Origin: Lama guanicoe
Taxonomy: Eukaryota
Length of the DNA: 64,000 nt
NCBI GenBank assembly: GCA_013239625.1
Contig: MU053873.1
Coordinates: forward strand, 2,680,524 to 2,744,523
Reading direction: 5' to 3'
Below, piece by piece: positions 35,603 to 50,087 of the stretch (position 1 is its first letter; every line of letters starts with the position of its first letter). Position numbers and translations under genes: made by a program. Below the pieces are notes generated by a model that saw only the letters and a list, made by a program, of their open reading frames with translations, searched no databases and had not been told where the DNA came from.

Positions 35603-36655
35603 TTTGTGTTTTATTTGTTTTTAACATCCTGAAATATACTGTAGGTAATCGTTCTGGGTTTTTTGTTTTTCTTTTATGAGATTTCTAATAGTCACTCATA
35701 TGATTGTGCCTTGCTGTGGGTCATTCATATTGGTTGCTGTGTGATATTTTAGAGTGTGACCGGCGCTCCTGACAATCAGTTTGGATGGGTGCTAGCTTTG
35801 CTGTCATGAGTGGCCTGGCCAGGGCTTTTTTTATCCGTGTCTCCTGGGGCACACCTGCAGGAGTTTCTCGTGGAAGTACTGTGTCAAAGTATGTGGGCCT
35901 CTGCCTTTTACAGCTGGGGAAACTGAGTAAGAGAGGGAACACACTTGCCTTGGTTAAAATGAATGGCAGAGTTTTCCCAACTTGGGAAAACGAGTGAATA
36001 AAAATCAAAAATTTGATGGTTAGTGAAGAGGAAGGGATTGGCTCTATGGTTTGGTGGGTAGACTGGCAAGTGTTTGCTGAGCATCAGCTCTGGGGCAGGG
36101 CCTGGGGCTTGGAGATACAGGAATGGATCCACCCATCGGTCTTTGGCGGGGTTGAGTGGAAGCGGAGAGAGGTACACAGAGAGAGACCCAGAAGCAAAGC
36201 AGCAGTGACTGTGTGGTGTGTTACTTGTGCTGCTGATGGGGTGAGCACAGTGGGGGAGGGAGTACTGAACCAAGCCCACCCAGGGAGGGGTTATCAGGGA
36301 GGGATTCCTGGAGGAGGTGGTCTTAGCCTAGAAGAGGACAGGGAACATGAGCTCCGGCATGGGGTTGTGTGGTGGAAAGGGGCATTCCAGGCAGGAAGAA
36401 CAGCACAGATAAAGGCCTGGAAGGAAGACCCATCAGTTCCTAATGATGGTGCAGATAAGAAGTTCAGAAGTGGATGGAAGGCAGGACAGGATTGTTTCAC
36501 AGACCTTGGCTCGTGGCAAGCTCTCATGTGATCTGGGCATGGCCTGCTTTTATTTATTTGGGTACTTAATGCATATTTGATCTGGAGCCTCTCCACGTTG
36601 GAGTTACTCCCCCCTCATTCTGCCCCCTGGGCATGGGGGTGCTTCTCTCCTGCAG

Positions 36656-36774
36656 CTGGTGGTCTTTGAGCAGGAGAACTTCCAGGGCCGGCGGGTGGAA
36701 TTCTCCGGGGAGTGCTTGAACCTGGGAGACCGTGGCTTCGACCGAGTGCGCAGCCTCATTGTCGTCTCGGGACC
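36656..36774 (+). CDS. CRYBB1: beta-crystallin B1, exon 3
   Basis: ctcctgcAG ... CC|gtgag; encodes [40 protein letters not shown]; 119 nt. Confidence 0.97.
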
Positions 36775-36899
36775 GTGAGTGTTGGGCGGCCGAGGGGCAG
36801 TCCTACGGCCGTAGTAAATAATAATAACAAAACAACAGTAGTTGCCACTTACTGGCCGCTGCTTCACTCCGAGCCTGCCACCGTGCTGGCGGAGACACA

Positions 36900-37051
36900 C
36901 AGTCGTCCCTTGGTATCCGTGGTGGACTGGTACCGGGACTCCTACCGGATAACGAAATCTGCGGATGCTCAAGTCCCTTACGTAAGATGGTGCAGTACAG
37001 TCGGAACTTGGTATCCACAAATGCAGAACCCGCGGATACTGAGGCCAACTG
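36900..37051. mobile_element. MER2/Tigger-type MITE (TcMar)
   Basis: Terminal inverted repeats CAGTCGTCCCTTGGTATCCG ... CGGATACTGAGGCCAACTG followed by TA. Confidence 0.75.
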
Positions 37052-38934
37052 TATATTATTTCTGGTACTTATTTCAAACCTAAGAGGGAGGAAAGGGAGG
37101 TATTATTCTCCTTCTCATTTTACAGGTGAGGAAACTGAGGCTCATGTAGGTGCTTTGATTAGCATAAGGACGCACTGACAGTAAGTCATGATTCTAAGCC
37201 CCAGGGAAATGCCATTTCTGCTGTAGGAGGAATCCTGCCCTTCACCAGTGGCAGGAGGATGCCGAAGAGCCAGGTGTCCATTAGCTGTCCCCTCTCCCGG
37301 GCATCAGGCAGCTTAAAGGGTAATAGTGAGCATCTGTTGAGTACACACGAGGTGCCAGGCACTGACTGAGGGCTGTATCTAGGTGATCCTAAAGTGCTGT
37401 GTGAGGGAGGGGCGATTCTTATTCCCATTTGACAGATGGGGAAACTGAGGCTCAGAGGGTTAAGTCCCTTGGCCAGAGTCACCTAGTGGTAAGTGGCAGA
37501 GCCTGGTTTCAACTCAGCTTGATCAGTTTCATCCACAGCACTTTTATTACCATGCTCGCTCCACAGCCTGCCCCTGACCCTCTGGGCTTCTCTGGGCTTC
37601 TCTGGGCCTTACCACCATACAAAGCAAGAATAATTGTCCCTTGGACATTGTGACTGCACCGTCTTCAGCCCCTGTGGACTAAGCTCAAGGCACAGGGCCA
37701 GCCCCAGGACAAGACCCCCAGGGCCCCTTTGCCCCTTGTCCTTCCAGTACAAAAGCCCCCAAGAGATGTGATCAGCCTGTATGCCCAACATCCCGGGGCT
37801 CTGGGCAGTACAAAGAGCAGAGATGGGCTTTGAGGTCAGACAGGTCTGGCTTTGAATCCCAACTCTCTCGTTTGCCTTATTCAGCGCCTGAGCCTCAGTT
37901 TCCTCATCTCTGAAATGGGCAGAGTAGTAGTCCCTACTACCCTCTGCTGGATTATGCTAAGGTCTGAAGGAGATAATGCAACATGGACCTGGCACTTTGT
38001 GGGTGCCCAGACATGGCAGGTGGCAGTGATGATTATTTACTTTCCTCGTTGCCCTGTGGTTTTAGCTAAGTCACCCTGGGCCAAGGTAGGCTCGGAAGCG
38101 CAGCCCCACCCTCAGATTTAAAGCCCAGCTGGGAACAGAAGCTACCGGATGTGGCCAGTTTGGGTTTTCAGGCTTTTTTTGGTGTCAGTGACTCAAACCC
38201 AGAGTACTGCTCCTCAAACAAAGATGCAGCTGGTCTTTGGTGTGTGCTCCGGGGCTGCGCCCAATGGGGAGAGAGAAGAGCCTGTGGTCCAGGGCCCTGG
38301 GTCTTTGCCAGGGTTGAAAAAAAGATGGAGGGGATGAGGTGGGCAGGGGGAAGGGAGGAGAGGTGTGTGCCCTCACACAAGCAGCGAGGGGAAGGGGAGG
38401 CTTCAACTGACACCTGACACCATCATGTGACTTTAGACCAGCGACTTAACCCCTCTGAGCCTGAGTTCCCATATCTGAAACTTAAGATTCCTTCCCTACC
38501 TCTCTCCTTGCTGCTAAGACTCAAATGAGCCATAGGAGATGAGAAAAGGCACAAAAATAAAGACTGACAATTCCTCATTCAGATAACAGGTCCTCAGTGG
38601 GCAATGTGACTCCTGAGTCAGACCGTTTTGGAGGAGGGTGGCAGGGTGGCAAGAACACATCAGTGTCTGTCTTTCCATAGGCAGAGCCCTCCGGCTGCTT
38701 CCCTCCCTCTTTAATCATAAAATATATTACTCTTTGTGCTTTCTCCTTTAGACCCTCATAACCTCCTGATGAGGTAGATGCAATCATTTCTTCTCCTTTA
38801 CTGAGGCTTGACAAGCTTAAGTGACTTGCCCAAAGTCACACAGAAAATAAATGATAAACTGAGATTAGAACTCAGGTCTATTTCCAAAGTCTATGCTCTT
38901 AACTCCTACGTGGTGCCGTCTTCCAAGTCTCCCT

Positions 38935-39155
38935 TCCCATTCACCCATGTATAGATCAACCCATTCATCCATCCATCTGGCCATTCATTCTCCATCCATT
39001 TATTCATCCCTCTGCTTACCCCTCCTTCCATCCATTCTCCATCATGCATTCATCCATCCATCGTTACACTTATCCATGTACCCATCTGTCCATCTCCCCA
39101 CCTACCCATCCACCTATCCATCCACTCATCTACCCATCCATCCATCCATTCATCC
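38935..39155. repeat. degenerate (CCAT)n simple repeat
   Basis: catccatccat arrays. Confidence 0.85.
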
Positions 39156-40070
39156 TTTTCTCATATACTGGAGACTAGGCAGGGCTGAGGCAGATTCAAC
39201 TGTCTTCTGGAAGAATAAGTCTGCATCTTCAATTCTGTCATTTCAATGTGGATTCTTCATTCCTCAGACAAGACCTGAGGCTCCTGGAACACATTCTGTT
39301 TCAGTCCATGATGGTAGCCTGGTCCCCCATGAAATGGGGACCACCTAATTTCCCTGAGAATCCCTGGTCCCTCTAACACAAGCTCGCTTCTCATTCTCAA
39401 TCAGGCTGCACAGAGAAAGCTTTCAAGCTTATAATTAGTCCTTTTCGAGGACTGAAGACCTTCATGTGCACAATCACATTTAATTCTCATAGGTTTCTGA
39501 GAGGTAAGTGTTACCATCACTTTCCTCCCGCTGCCCCCATGTCAGCTACTGCCTCCTGTATGCCAGGCCAGTCTTTTCCAAACATGCTTCAAGCACCGTA
39601 TCCATTTCTCCCTACCCCCATACCTCCAGGACTGTTACTTATTTCAGATGTTTAATTTAAAATGATCTTTTTTGGACACAAATAACTATATCAAAAGAAG
39701 CTTTACATCACTTTTACAAGCAGAAAGCTAATATTTTGTTATAAGTAAAAGATATTCATAAAAATGCATACAGTAACAAGAGCAGGGCTCTTACAGCATT
39801 GCCTGCTCAAGGCTCCGGGCTGGTAGCCTGTTCTTCCTTTGCTACAACGAGAGGTTAGTAAGTGTTAAAGGCACATTAGCATCCAGTGAAGACTTTCTCC
39901 TAGCTGTAATCAGGTTTAAAAAAAAGTCTTTTTATGTACTATTTCCCCTAAAATCCTCAGAGTACTTAAATCACGTGTGAATCCTGCATCTGGGGCAACA
40001 TTTTGTTCATATCATTACACACATGGTCTCATTTCATCCTGCACCAACTCCAAGGAACTAGGCATAATAG

Positions 40071-40493
<423 letters not shown>

Positions 40494-41184
40494 TAGAGCA
40501 AGGGAGTCAGATGAGCAAGAGAATGAAGGAAAACCTAATTGCAGAAATCAATCTACAGTGGCGAACAACCATGGTACGTGTGGCACAGGTGCCAGGCAGT
40601 GTGTCAGGAAACTGGGACTCTGATGCTGGGGAAGGGGGCATGGGAGTGGTCAGGGGTGATCAGGGGAGACAGCTCCCAAAGGCTGGGAACCAACTCAGCC
40701 ATGTGAGCAGCCTTCCAGGGAACAGTGCATGCGGAGTTCCTGAAGTGAGGGTGGACTGGGTGTGACCAGAAAACTAAAACGGGCCCGGTGTGGCTGCAGC
40801 CGAGGGAGTGGAGGGGAGTGGGGTGCATGATGGGTTGGGAGGAATTAAATGCTTCTCTGGAAGATTCTGCCCCTCACTGGCACTGGCTCTGTGCCATTGA
40901 TCAAGAACCTTGACCTCTCTGAGCCTCTGCATCCCTGATCATAATAATAAAAATAGCAGATACTTTTTTTTTGGAGTACTTGGTACATGCCGGGCATCCT
41001 GCTAGGTGCTCTGTATGGCTTAACTCCATGAAGTAGAGGCTGACGCCCCCTTTCCAGGGATGAGGAGGGTCCTTCCAGCCTGGGCAGCAGCAATCCCAGC
41101 GAGTCCCACCCTGGCCTGAGCAGACAGCTCTCTCTCTCCCCCCCTGCATTCTTCACGCCCCTGACCCAGCCTCTCCTTCCCTAG

Positions 41185-41327
41185 GATGCCCAGGAGCACA
41201 AGCTCTCCCTGTTTGAAGGTGCCAACTTCAAGGGCAACACCTTGGAAATCCAGGATGACGACGTGCCCAGTCTCTGGGTCTACGGCTTCTGTGACCGTGT
41301 GGGCAGCGTGAAGGTCTCCAGTGGAAC
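41185..41327 (+). CDS. CRYBB1: beta-crystallin B1, exon 5
   Basis: ccttccctAG ... AC|gtaag; encodes [48 protein letters not shown]; 143 nt. Confidence 0.97.
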
Positions 41328-43134
41328 GTAAGCATCTCTCCGGCCAGGCCCTCAGCCCCTGCGTCAGGCACAGACTCAGAGACTGTCCCCCTTATTGAAT
41401 ATGACATCAGACGGGCAGGAAAGTTCCCGGCTCCTTCTCCGTTCTGCCAGTGCTGGTGTCAGGGTTCCACCAAGAGAGCTTCGTTCCTCTGGGGAGTGGA
41501 GTCGCACATTATTGCTTGTCAGTGTTGCTACTTGTCAGTGGCAACGATCCTAGCAGTTGGTTCTTAAAAGCTGGAAGATGGGGAAGAATAGGGGCCTCTA
41601 AACCCCTATTTGGACTGCAGGAATAATTAAGCAAGGGAGGGCAGGGAGGATGTTAGTAGGTGAGTCTGTAGGTGTCTAGGGAAGGAGAAATTTAGGGAAA
41701 TCGGAGCCTCTGGGGGAATGAGCAGAATGTATCTGAGAATTGATACTGTGTCCTGAAAGGATATGACCTTGTCGCCGAAGTGCTGTGGACCCTGGGTAGG
41801 CCACGTGCCCCTCTCTGTGTCTCAGTGTTGCCATCTATATAGTGGGCACACCAGATGCCTTGAGTTCAAAGGACTCTGTCTGCTCCGAACCCTCAGGATT
41901 TGAAGCTTTCAGAACACAGCCCCATGACCCCATGTCTTTGAGAACCCAGGGAGGACTGGATGCCCAAAGGAGGTCACTTTATCCATCCTCTGTCCCCAAA
42001 CAGCCATGCCAGACACCCTGGTCTCCTCTAAGCAAATGTAAGGTGACTACCTGTCCACCACAGACTCTTTCTGAGATCCTGTAACATCGTCAGGGCCCTG
42101 GTCTTTTTCTTATTTTTTTCCTCTTTCCCTGAAAAGTACCCCTTCCTTCAAGCTATCTGAAATGTATTAACCATTGCCTGTGAGTCAGACATTGTGCCAG
42201 GCACACTGAGGGAGGCACAGATGAATAAGGCTCAGTCCCCACCCTCAGTGGGTTCTCAGTCTAGCAGGGAGGTGTGAGTGTACCTGTGAGACGGTGTCTG
42301 ATGGTTCTAGGTAAGAGATGGTCCACACAGGAGGTCAGAGGAGGGAGGAAGGTTTCTGGGACCGGGGCGTGTGTGCTGGAATGGAGAGCAGGTCTGAGGC
42401 TTATCTGAGGAGGCTGGAACTTAAACCAGACTTTGAAAGCTGGGCAGGGGGCTGGGAGATGCCTAGAAAGATCCTCCCAGCAGAGGCAATGACAGAATTA
42501 GAAATAAATCATTGTTAATAACTTACATTAGGTGCTTACTGTGTACCAAGCACTGTGCTAACTACTTTCAATGACTAGTTCTCAAGTCTTTACAACACAC
42601 CTGTGAGACAGGTGTGTTATCATCTCCAGTTCAGATAGCAAGCTGGGGTTCTGAGCAGTCATCTGCCTCAATTCTCCCAGCTGGTAAATGGCAATGCTAG
42701 GATTTGAACTGGGTCTGTCTGCTATCACAGAATATGCGTTCCCAACTAGCGCGCACAAATCCACTGACAAGCAAAGGAAACCATTTTTGAAAACAAGGCT
42801 CCCCCTTCTTATCTTTCTCATTGCTAACCAGCCCCTAGGCCCCATCTTCACTCCCTTTGCTCCTGTTCTCTGAGCTCCAGGTCACCACTTTTGGTGGGAT
42901 GTGTACTAACACCCTAATAAATCAGCTACCATGAGCACCCCACTTTCTAGAGGAGAAAACTGAGGTCTGTTAGAGAGGTGAGATCACTGGCCAAAGCCAG
43001 TAGGAAGCCAAACCAGCACAGAGGAGCCCAGGTGATCCAGGCTCAGGCCCTCACAGGTGAGGGATGGAGAGCCGACTGCAGGGGTGGCTGGAGAACCAGC
43101 CGGTCCAGGTGGGGGTCTCGGTGCTAGGCAGTGA

Positions 43135-43359
<225 letters not shown>

Positions 43360-43427
43360 GTCCCCACTCCTCTCTTCTCCCTTGCCCCACCCTTCTGCGG
43401 GCTCATCTTCCCCATCTTCCCCATGCA

Positions 43428-43433
43428 AATAAA
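43428..43433 (+). terminator. CRYBB1: CRYBB1 polyadenylation signal AATAAA
   Basis: AATAAA about 70 nt after the stop, followed by GT-rich sequence (tgtctcctgcgtctgtg). Confidence 0.85.
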
Positions 43434-46400
43434 AGTTCCTAAAGCCAAAATGTCTCCTGCGTCTGTGAACAGACATATGCCTCAAGGTCCCTTGTCGTTG
43501 CTGGCCTGTGACTTCCTCTGTCTTGACAATTACAATAATAAAAACAGCAAGCACCACTAAGTCCTTCACATTCTCTTAGTGTATCTTTTGGACTACTCTA
43601 GGAGGCCAGTATGATATAATTATTCCTATTTAACCAGGGAAGAAATTGAGGCCCAGAGAGGGGAAGTGACTTGCCCAAGGTCACACAGCTAGCATGGCAC
43701 AATTTGAACCCAGGCAGTCTGGCTTCAGAGCTACACCCTTAAACAAACCTGTGTTTTCAGATTCTTCTCCTTCATGTACCTCTCCTGATTTTTTGCCTTC
43801 TCTGCTTACCATCTGTTTAGTTATTTACTTAATATTTTTATTTGAATAGGCAATCTTGTGTGCTTCAGTGCACTGATTTGTAAATAAAACTTTAGAACAC
43901 TACAGGATATGGAAAATCGGCATCATATGTCAGAGATAGAGCAATCATCTAAATGAGTACAATTTAAAGAAGGCCAAGTATTGAATTCTCAGCAGACACC
44001 ACTGCTTGCTGAAGGTTTTAAGGCTGCAATCTGCTCACTCTTTGACAGAATAGGTGATGAGTGAGAGTAAGAGACAGGTATGAGAGACATGCTTGAACCA
44101 AACAGATTTTTCTCCCTGATTCAATCAAAGAAGACCGAGAAGAACGTTATTTTCTTGTATCTGATTCAGTGTTATTTAATCCTGGGTCCAAGTTCCACCT
44201 GGAATCACCTCTCCTATTGCAAATGGCACGAGCCGTGCTCTGGAAATCTGCACCAGGCAGGATTGACTCTATATAAACAAGTGGCATTGATTGTTCTTAA
44301 CCATTAATCTAGGCAGGAAGCCTGGGGGAGGTGTTGCCATGGATATCTTCCTGGAGGCGGGAATATTAGAAGGGAGCCTTGATGGATGACGCAGGAGCTT
44401 GCTTGGTAGAGAATAGGGGAGATGACATTCCAGGTAGAGCAAATGCCAGGGTCCCTGCTATCCCATACCTTTGTGCAAGTGATAAAAGTTGCCTCTTCCT
44501 CAAGACATTTGATTGCCTTCCACCAGAAATTATTTGTATAAATCTGTGATGTATATGATGTCAGTATGGTACCCTTGAGCTGTGCCCAAGTACAACTGTA
44601 CTTGGCAGCCCCAGAGCACCATGGGCAAAGGCACAGAGGCTGAGAGAGCTTGTGGTGGGTCCAAGCAGAGCTTATTAAAGTGGGAGGAGTCCCTTGGTGG
44701 TTGTGTGGCTAGAAGTCGGGCATGGGAAGAGAATGCTGAGTGTGGCAGAAGCGGAGGCTGGAAAGAAAAGTGGGGCCTCCTGACAGCCCACTCTGTGGTT
44801 TGGCTGAGCTTCACATAGAAGATCTTCCCCTCCAGGACGTGCGTTTTCTCTCTTCCTCCCATCCTCGTTTTCCCACCCTCCACCCTCCAATTTGACCAGC
44901 ATCTTGTGTTAGAAGACAGGCTGCCTTGTCTTGAACTAGAAGTAAGGATTCCTGGGTAGGAATTAGGAGATGTGAGTGTTAACCGTGCTCTTCCGTTGGA
45001 AGCTGCAAAGTGTTGGACAAATCACTTCCATCCCCAGGGCCTCAGTCTTCCTGTCTGTGGAAAATAACAGCTCAGATGTCCATCCAGCCTCAAGATTCTA
45101 ACACTGGGATTCTGTGGTTCCAAAATTCCGTGATTCTCCAAGATTCTGTAAATGATCTCTAAGCGTCCACGGTTCTCTGATTCCAGTGTCAAGCTACATA
45201 GATGCCCATTCTCAGTTCCTAAGGTGTGTGAATGCCGCTCTAAAATTCTACTGTAGTGGACTCCTTCGAGCCACACAAACCCAACTTTCATACTTCTTCA
45301 ATGCTGAGACCTCCCTGATGGCAAGGGGCACCAGAATATTATGATCCAAGAAAGAAAAAGAGAAATACTATCCATTCAGATGTAACACAGCTGCTTTCTG
45401 ATCACTTGGAATTTTTATTTCATACTTACTGAAAGAACTATTTTAAATTTATTTAGACATCACTTTTTCGGTGTATCCATCTTGTGAGTCCCATAAAAGG
45501 AAATCACAATAGAAATCCATCAATTAAGTGAGTTCTTAAACTTCTTTGCAGTCGGAGTCTATATCTTCCAGGCTACTTTCCACTCACAGCGGGTGACGTC
45601 CTTACCTTCTCACAGGTGTTATGTGAAGAAGAAGGTGCCTATTAGCATTGCTGAATCATAACATATACACTTGGGAAAACTAACCGGCAAAACCCAGAAG
45701 AAAATAACAAAGAACTTATTTTATATTTAATTTGTTTTATCCATACATTTATTTAACTTTTGCTAATGAATTCATGAATAAGCAAAACATGCAGTAATAA
45801 AAAAAAAACCCAGAAAACAAATAAAAATTACAAGCCAAAATAGCGAACAAAGGTAAAAATAAACAGGGGAAAAACAGGAACATCTAAAAAGCCCAGGAGT
45901 GAATGGGACAAAGAGTCATCAACCGATGGTTCCTTCCATGGGTCCTGGTTCCAACATGTCTCTCGAAATGTGAGCATCTCACCACCTGGAAGAGAATTTC
46001 AGAGCTTAAAAATAAGTCACATTTTTTTGCTCCGAAACAGAAACTTCCAGTTTTGACTTCATTAGCTTGAGACGTGAAGGTGTTAGCTGAGTTGGGGGTG
46101 CTGAGAGGAGAGGGACCAGGAGATCATTCTGGTCCCTTTCTTTAGGGCCACCACTGAGACCTGCCAATCTTGTCTTCTAGACATCTTTGGAACGCAAACA
46201 CACCCTCCATGCCCCCAGCCCTGCCTGGGTCGACCTGCTTTCCCTGGAGTACTTCCAACAGCCTCTAAAACAGTCTCCCTGCCTGTCCTCTTCTGCACAA
46301 CAGCCAGAGGATCTTTGCAGAAAGCAAAGCTGACGTGTCTTTCCCCAACTGAACTCCTCCCCTATCTCTCCATCTCTGCAAGACGAAGTCCTGACTCCTT

Positions 46401-47539
46401 AGAGCGCAAAAAGCCCTGCAGCATCCAGCCCCTGCGGACCCCCCTGATCTCCTCTCACCCCACCCCACATCCTGTCCACTCTGCCCTTCATGCAAGGCTC
46501 CATGACAAATGTCCTCCCTGCTGGACCTTTGTCCCTGCAGGTCCCTGTGACCAGAACCTTCTTTTATGAACTCTTCAGGCTTCAGTGCAAACACCCCTGG
46601 CTCTTCTTATTTGGACCAGGTTAATTGCTCTGTACCTAAGTCCACAATGCTCGTTGGAGGGTCCAGATTCCCCTACTCAGATGCACAACCCTAGTCCTCC
46701 TGTTACCTGCTGACTCGCTCAGGAAATGCATGTTGCTAGAATATTATTAAACACATGCCCCACCCATTCAGACCTCTTCCCTTGATCTCCATTTCTCCAC
46801 CCAGAAGAGGATATTATAAAACACCCAGCAGGGTTACTGTGTAGTTAGTCATACTAAGCCTGTAATATGTGCACAATGAACACTATATAACATTATTTTA
46901 TTGCTTCCAGACCAGTAACAGTGGGGCTCCATGGAGGCAGGGGATTTCATTTTGTCAGTTTTAGCACTTTCTACATGGCAGGCACTATTTATTGGACATA
47001 TGAAGAAATTAATGAATGAGCTATGAATAAACATATGGCTGACCATGGACAAATTAATGTCTGCATGTCATTTTTTCCTTATCTGTAAAATGGGGATGAA
47101 AATAGACCTCTCACAAGGCTATTAAAGGTTTGAATGTGTAAATATAGAAAGTGTTTAGAACAATGGCTAAATAGTATGTAAATATATATATAATATATAG
47201 GTAGTTATATATATATATATTTGCTGTTATGGTGGAACTATTACAGAAATTTATTTTACATAGATAATATATACACATGGCTAAAAAAAATTCAAGCAGA
47301 ACAAAGAACAAAGGTTCACAGTGAAGAGTAAGACCGCATTCCTTCCTCCCCTTCCTTCAGGTACTCAATGTACATGCATATATAGACATATAATCTTTCC
47401 CATTTTACAGATGGAGAAAGGGAGGCACAGAGAGGTTAAACTGAGCTGAGATCTACTAGCCTGGAGTTTTATTTTATTCTTGTCTAACAGGGTTTCACAA
47501 CCTCACATTCTTGACATTTTAGGCTGGATGCTTCTTCGC

Positions 47540-48460
47540 TGCGGCGGCGGAGGGCGGCCCGCAGGACAAAATTACACCCTCCTTGAGAACCACTGATGAG
47601 TATGAATTGTATGATAGCCTGTCTCTCTTTTCTCTCTGTTTTACACAAGCAGTAGCATAAGAACACTCCACTCCCTTGCTTATAGACAGAAGGGAACTGC
47701 TCTTAAACAGAGCTACCCCGGGAGGAAAAGTGGTGAGCCGCCTATCCTGGGGGTAAGCCGGCAACGCAGACCGGGGCTCCACTGCCGGCTGTCAGCAAGC
47801 GGGGACGCCCCGCCCCCACCGTGCGGTCCGGAGGCGGGGCCGAGGGGGAGGGGAGCGGCGGTGGGCGTGGCCGCGCCCCCGGGCCCGCCCCCACGCTCTA
47901 CGTCACGGCGCCGCGGCTCCGCCCCCGGCGCGGGCATCTCCCCCTCCCCCGGCCGGGGAGGCTGGCGAGCCGCGAGTCGCTGGGCGCGCGGCGCTTTCTC
48001 GGCGCGCCTCGCACGGTAGGTGGCCCCGGGGCGGCGCGGGGGGCCTGGCTTGCAGCCGCCGGCAGGTGGCCGCCCGCGGGTCGGCCTCGGGCGCGGGGAA
48101 GCCCTCGGCCCTCGCGGCTTCTTCCCAGGCCCGGCGCGGCTGCTCGGGCTCCGGGGCTGGTTGCTGGGAGGGAGGCGGCGCGGGCGGGCGGTGCGCGAAT
48201 CCGCACCCGCCCGGAGCTCTGAGCGCTTTCTGCCGGGTGCGGCGGAGACCTGGCCCCTATGACCGCGATTCCGGCTTCGGACCCTGCGTCCGGGAGGCGC
48301 TCAGCGTGTGTGAGTGTGTTTGTGTGTGTTGGCGGGGGAGGCGGCGTGTCTCCGCTGTCTGAGTCCCTGACCCCTCCCCGGCGCGTGGGGCCCCCAGCGC
48401 GGGCGCCGGGACGCGCCGAGGGGCGCGTGGAAGTTAACTTGCAGTCGCCGTGGAGTTGTA
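47540..48460 (+). promoter_or_regulatory. TPST2: CpG island promoter, probably TPST2
   Basis: Extremely GC- and CpG-rich, with multiple GC boxes (CCCCGCCCC, GGGGCGG) and a CRE-like TACGTCAC near 47899; no TATA box. The gene name comes from conserved synteny (TPST2 follows CRYBB1 on the same strand). Confidence 0.72.
47905..48015 (+). other. TPST2: probable non-coding exon 1 of tyrosylprotein sulfotransferase 2; intron 1 runs past the window end
   Basis: Donor ACG|GTAGGT at 48016 inside the island. No sulfotransferase coding exon was seen in 48016-64000. TSS approximate. Confidence 0.55.
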
Positions 48461-49431
48461 AGGCGTATCTAAAGCTGAGGGACTGGGGGGCGGAAATCAA
48501 TGCCTGGGGAGAGGGGGCACCAAGAGTATTCTATAGGGGCAGCCCTGGTGAACTTAGGGGTCACCCACCAGGAGCGGGGAGGAATCTAACCAGATGATCT
48601 CACCGCCCTGCAACCTCCCCCTCTCAGTGAGAGCTGAACGGAAGGTTCCCCGTAAACCTGGGACTGGGAAAGGGGACATGATCACCAAGGTTGGGCACAG
48701 TCTGTTATTATTATATAGGACAGAGGTCAGGGTCTGGCTTTTCCACTTAAAGGCCCGTCCCCTGGGAAGGAAAGGTGGGACCCATCCGATTGAGTGTAAT
48801 AATTTGAGAGGCCTATCACCTTGTCTGCCTCCCATTTTGCAGATGGGGAAACTGAGGCTCAGAAAGATCATGTGTCCATGGCCCTAGATCCCACAGCTAG
48901 GACGTGGCAGAGCTGAAATTCACCCTCAGGCCCCCTGACTTCATGAGTCTTGTAGAGATGTTGGGGAGGAGGGCTGGAAAACTCCTACTCATCCTTCAGA
49001 AGCCTCCTCATACTGCACCTCCTCCTGGAAGCCCTCCCTGGAACTCTCCATTGTTGGGGGTTTCCTGTTTTGAATCCCACAGAGGTAACTGGCCCTTTCC
49101 CACACTTGTGAGCCTCTTTACAGGTCTGTCTCCCATTCTGGGCTGTGGGCACCTCTACCTATGTCCCATCTCATATCCTTTCGTTCAGCTGGGTGGCTTG
49201 ATGGTTAGGCAAGGCCTCTGGGTTTGGACATACTTCAGTGTGACTCACTCTAGTTTAGTAGTGATGTGGCCTGGGCAAGTCATTCCCCCTTACTCAGCCT
49301 CAGTTTTCATGACTGTAAAATCGGGTTTATTGTATCATTTATGAACCATTTTAACCCACTGAATCCCAGTTGTGCTATTATTTACTTAATGTATATATTT
49401 ATATCACCTTTATAAAAATATCATATAAGTT

Positions 49432-50087
49432 TTAACATGGTAGCTTTATTGATAGAACTCATATGCCACCCTTTTAAAGTATTCAATTCAGTGGTTTTGG
49501 GGGATATACACAGAGTTGTGCAACCATCCTCACTGTCTAATTCTAGGACATTTTCATTACCCGAAAAGAAACCCTGGGTCCATCAGCGGTCCCTCTCAAT
49601 CCCTCCTCCCGCTAGCTCCTGGCAACCACTAATCTACTTTCTGGCTCTATGGCTTTGCCTAGGCAGGACATTTCATACAAATGGAATCGTGTCCTGTGGT
49701 CTCTTGTGATTGGTAGTTTTCACTGAGGATGTTTCTACGGTTCGTCCGTGTGATAATATACGGCAGTACTTCATTCCTTGTTTATTTTAGTATTTCATTA
49801 CTTTTTATGGCTAAACACGTTGTATGGATATACTGCACTTTATCCATTTATTAATTGTTGGGCATTTGGGTCGTTGCCACTCTGGGGCTATTTTGAATAA
49901 TGCTGCTGTGAAAATTTGGGTACAAGTCTGTGTGTGGGCGTGTGTTTTCAGTTCTCTGGGGCATAGCCCTAGGAGTGGAATTGGGGTCACATGGTAACGC
50001 TACGTGTTACCTTTTGAGGAACCACCAAACTGTTTTCTAAAGCAGCTGCACCACTTTACAATCCCACCAGCAGCAGATGAGGGTTCG
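49432..50087 (-). mobile_element. L1MB-like 3' end
   Basis: caattcagtggtttt...cacagagttgtgcaaccatc...cctggcaaccactaatctacttt...ggacatttcatacaaatggaatc...cctaggagtggaatt...cccaccagcag. Confidence 0.85.

Noticed and set aside
47713..48597. Long Arg/Gly/Pro-rich ORFs on both strands
   Set aside because: By-product of the CpG island; no sulfotransferase or other domain.
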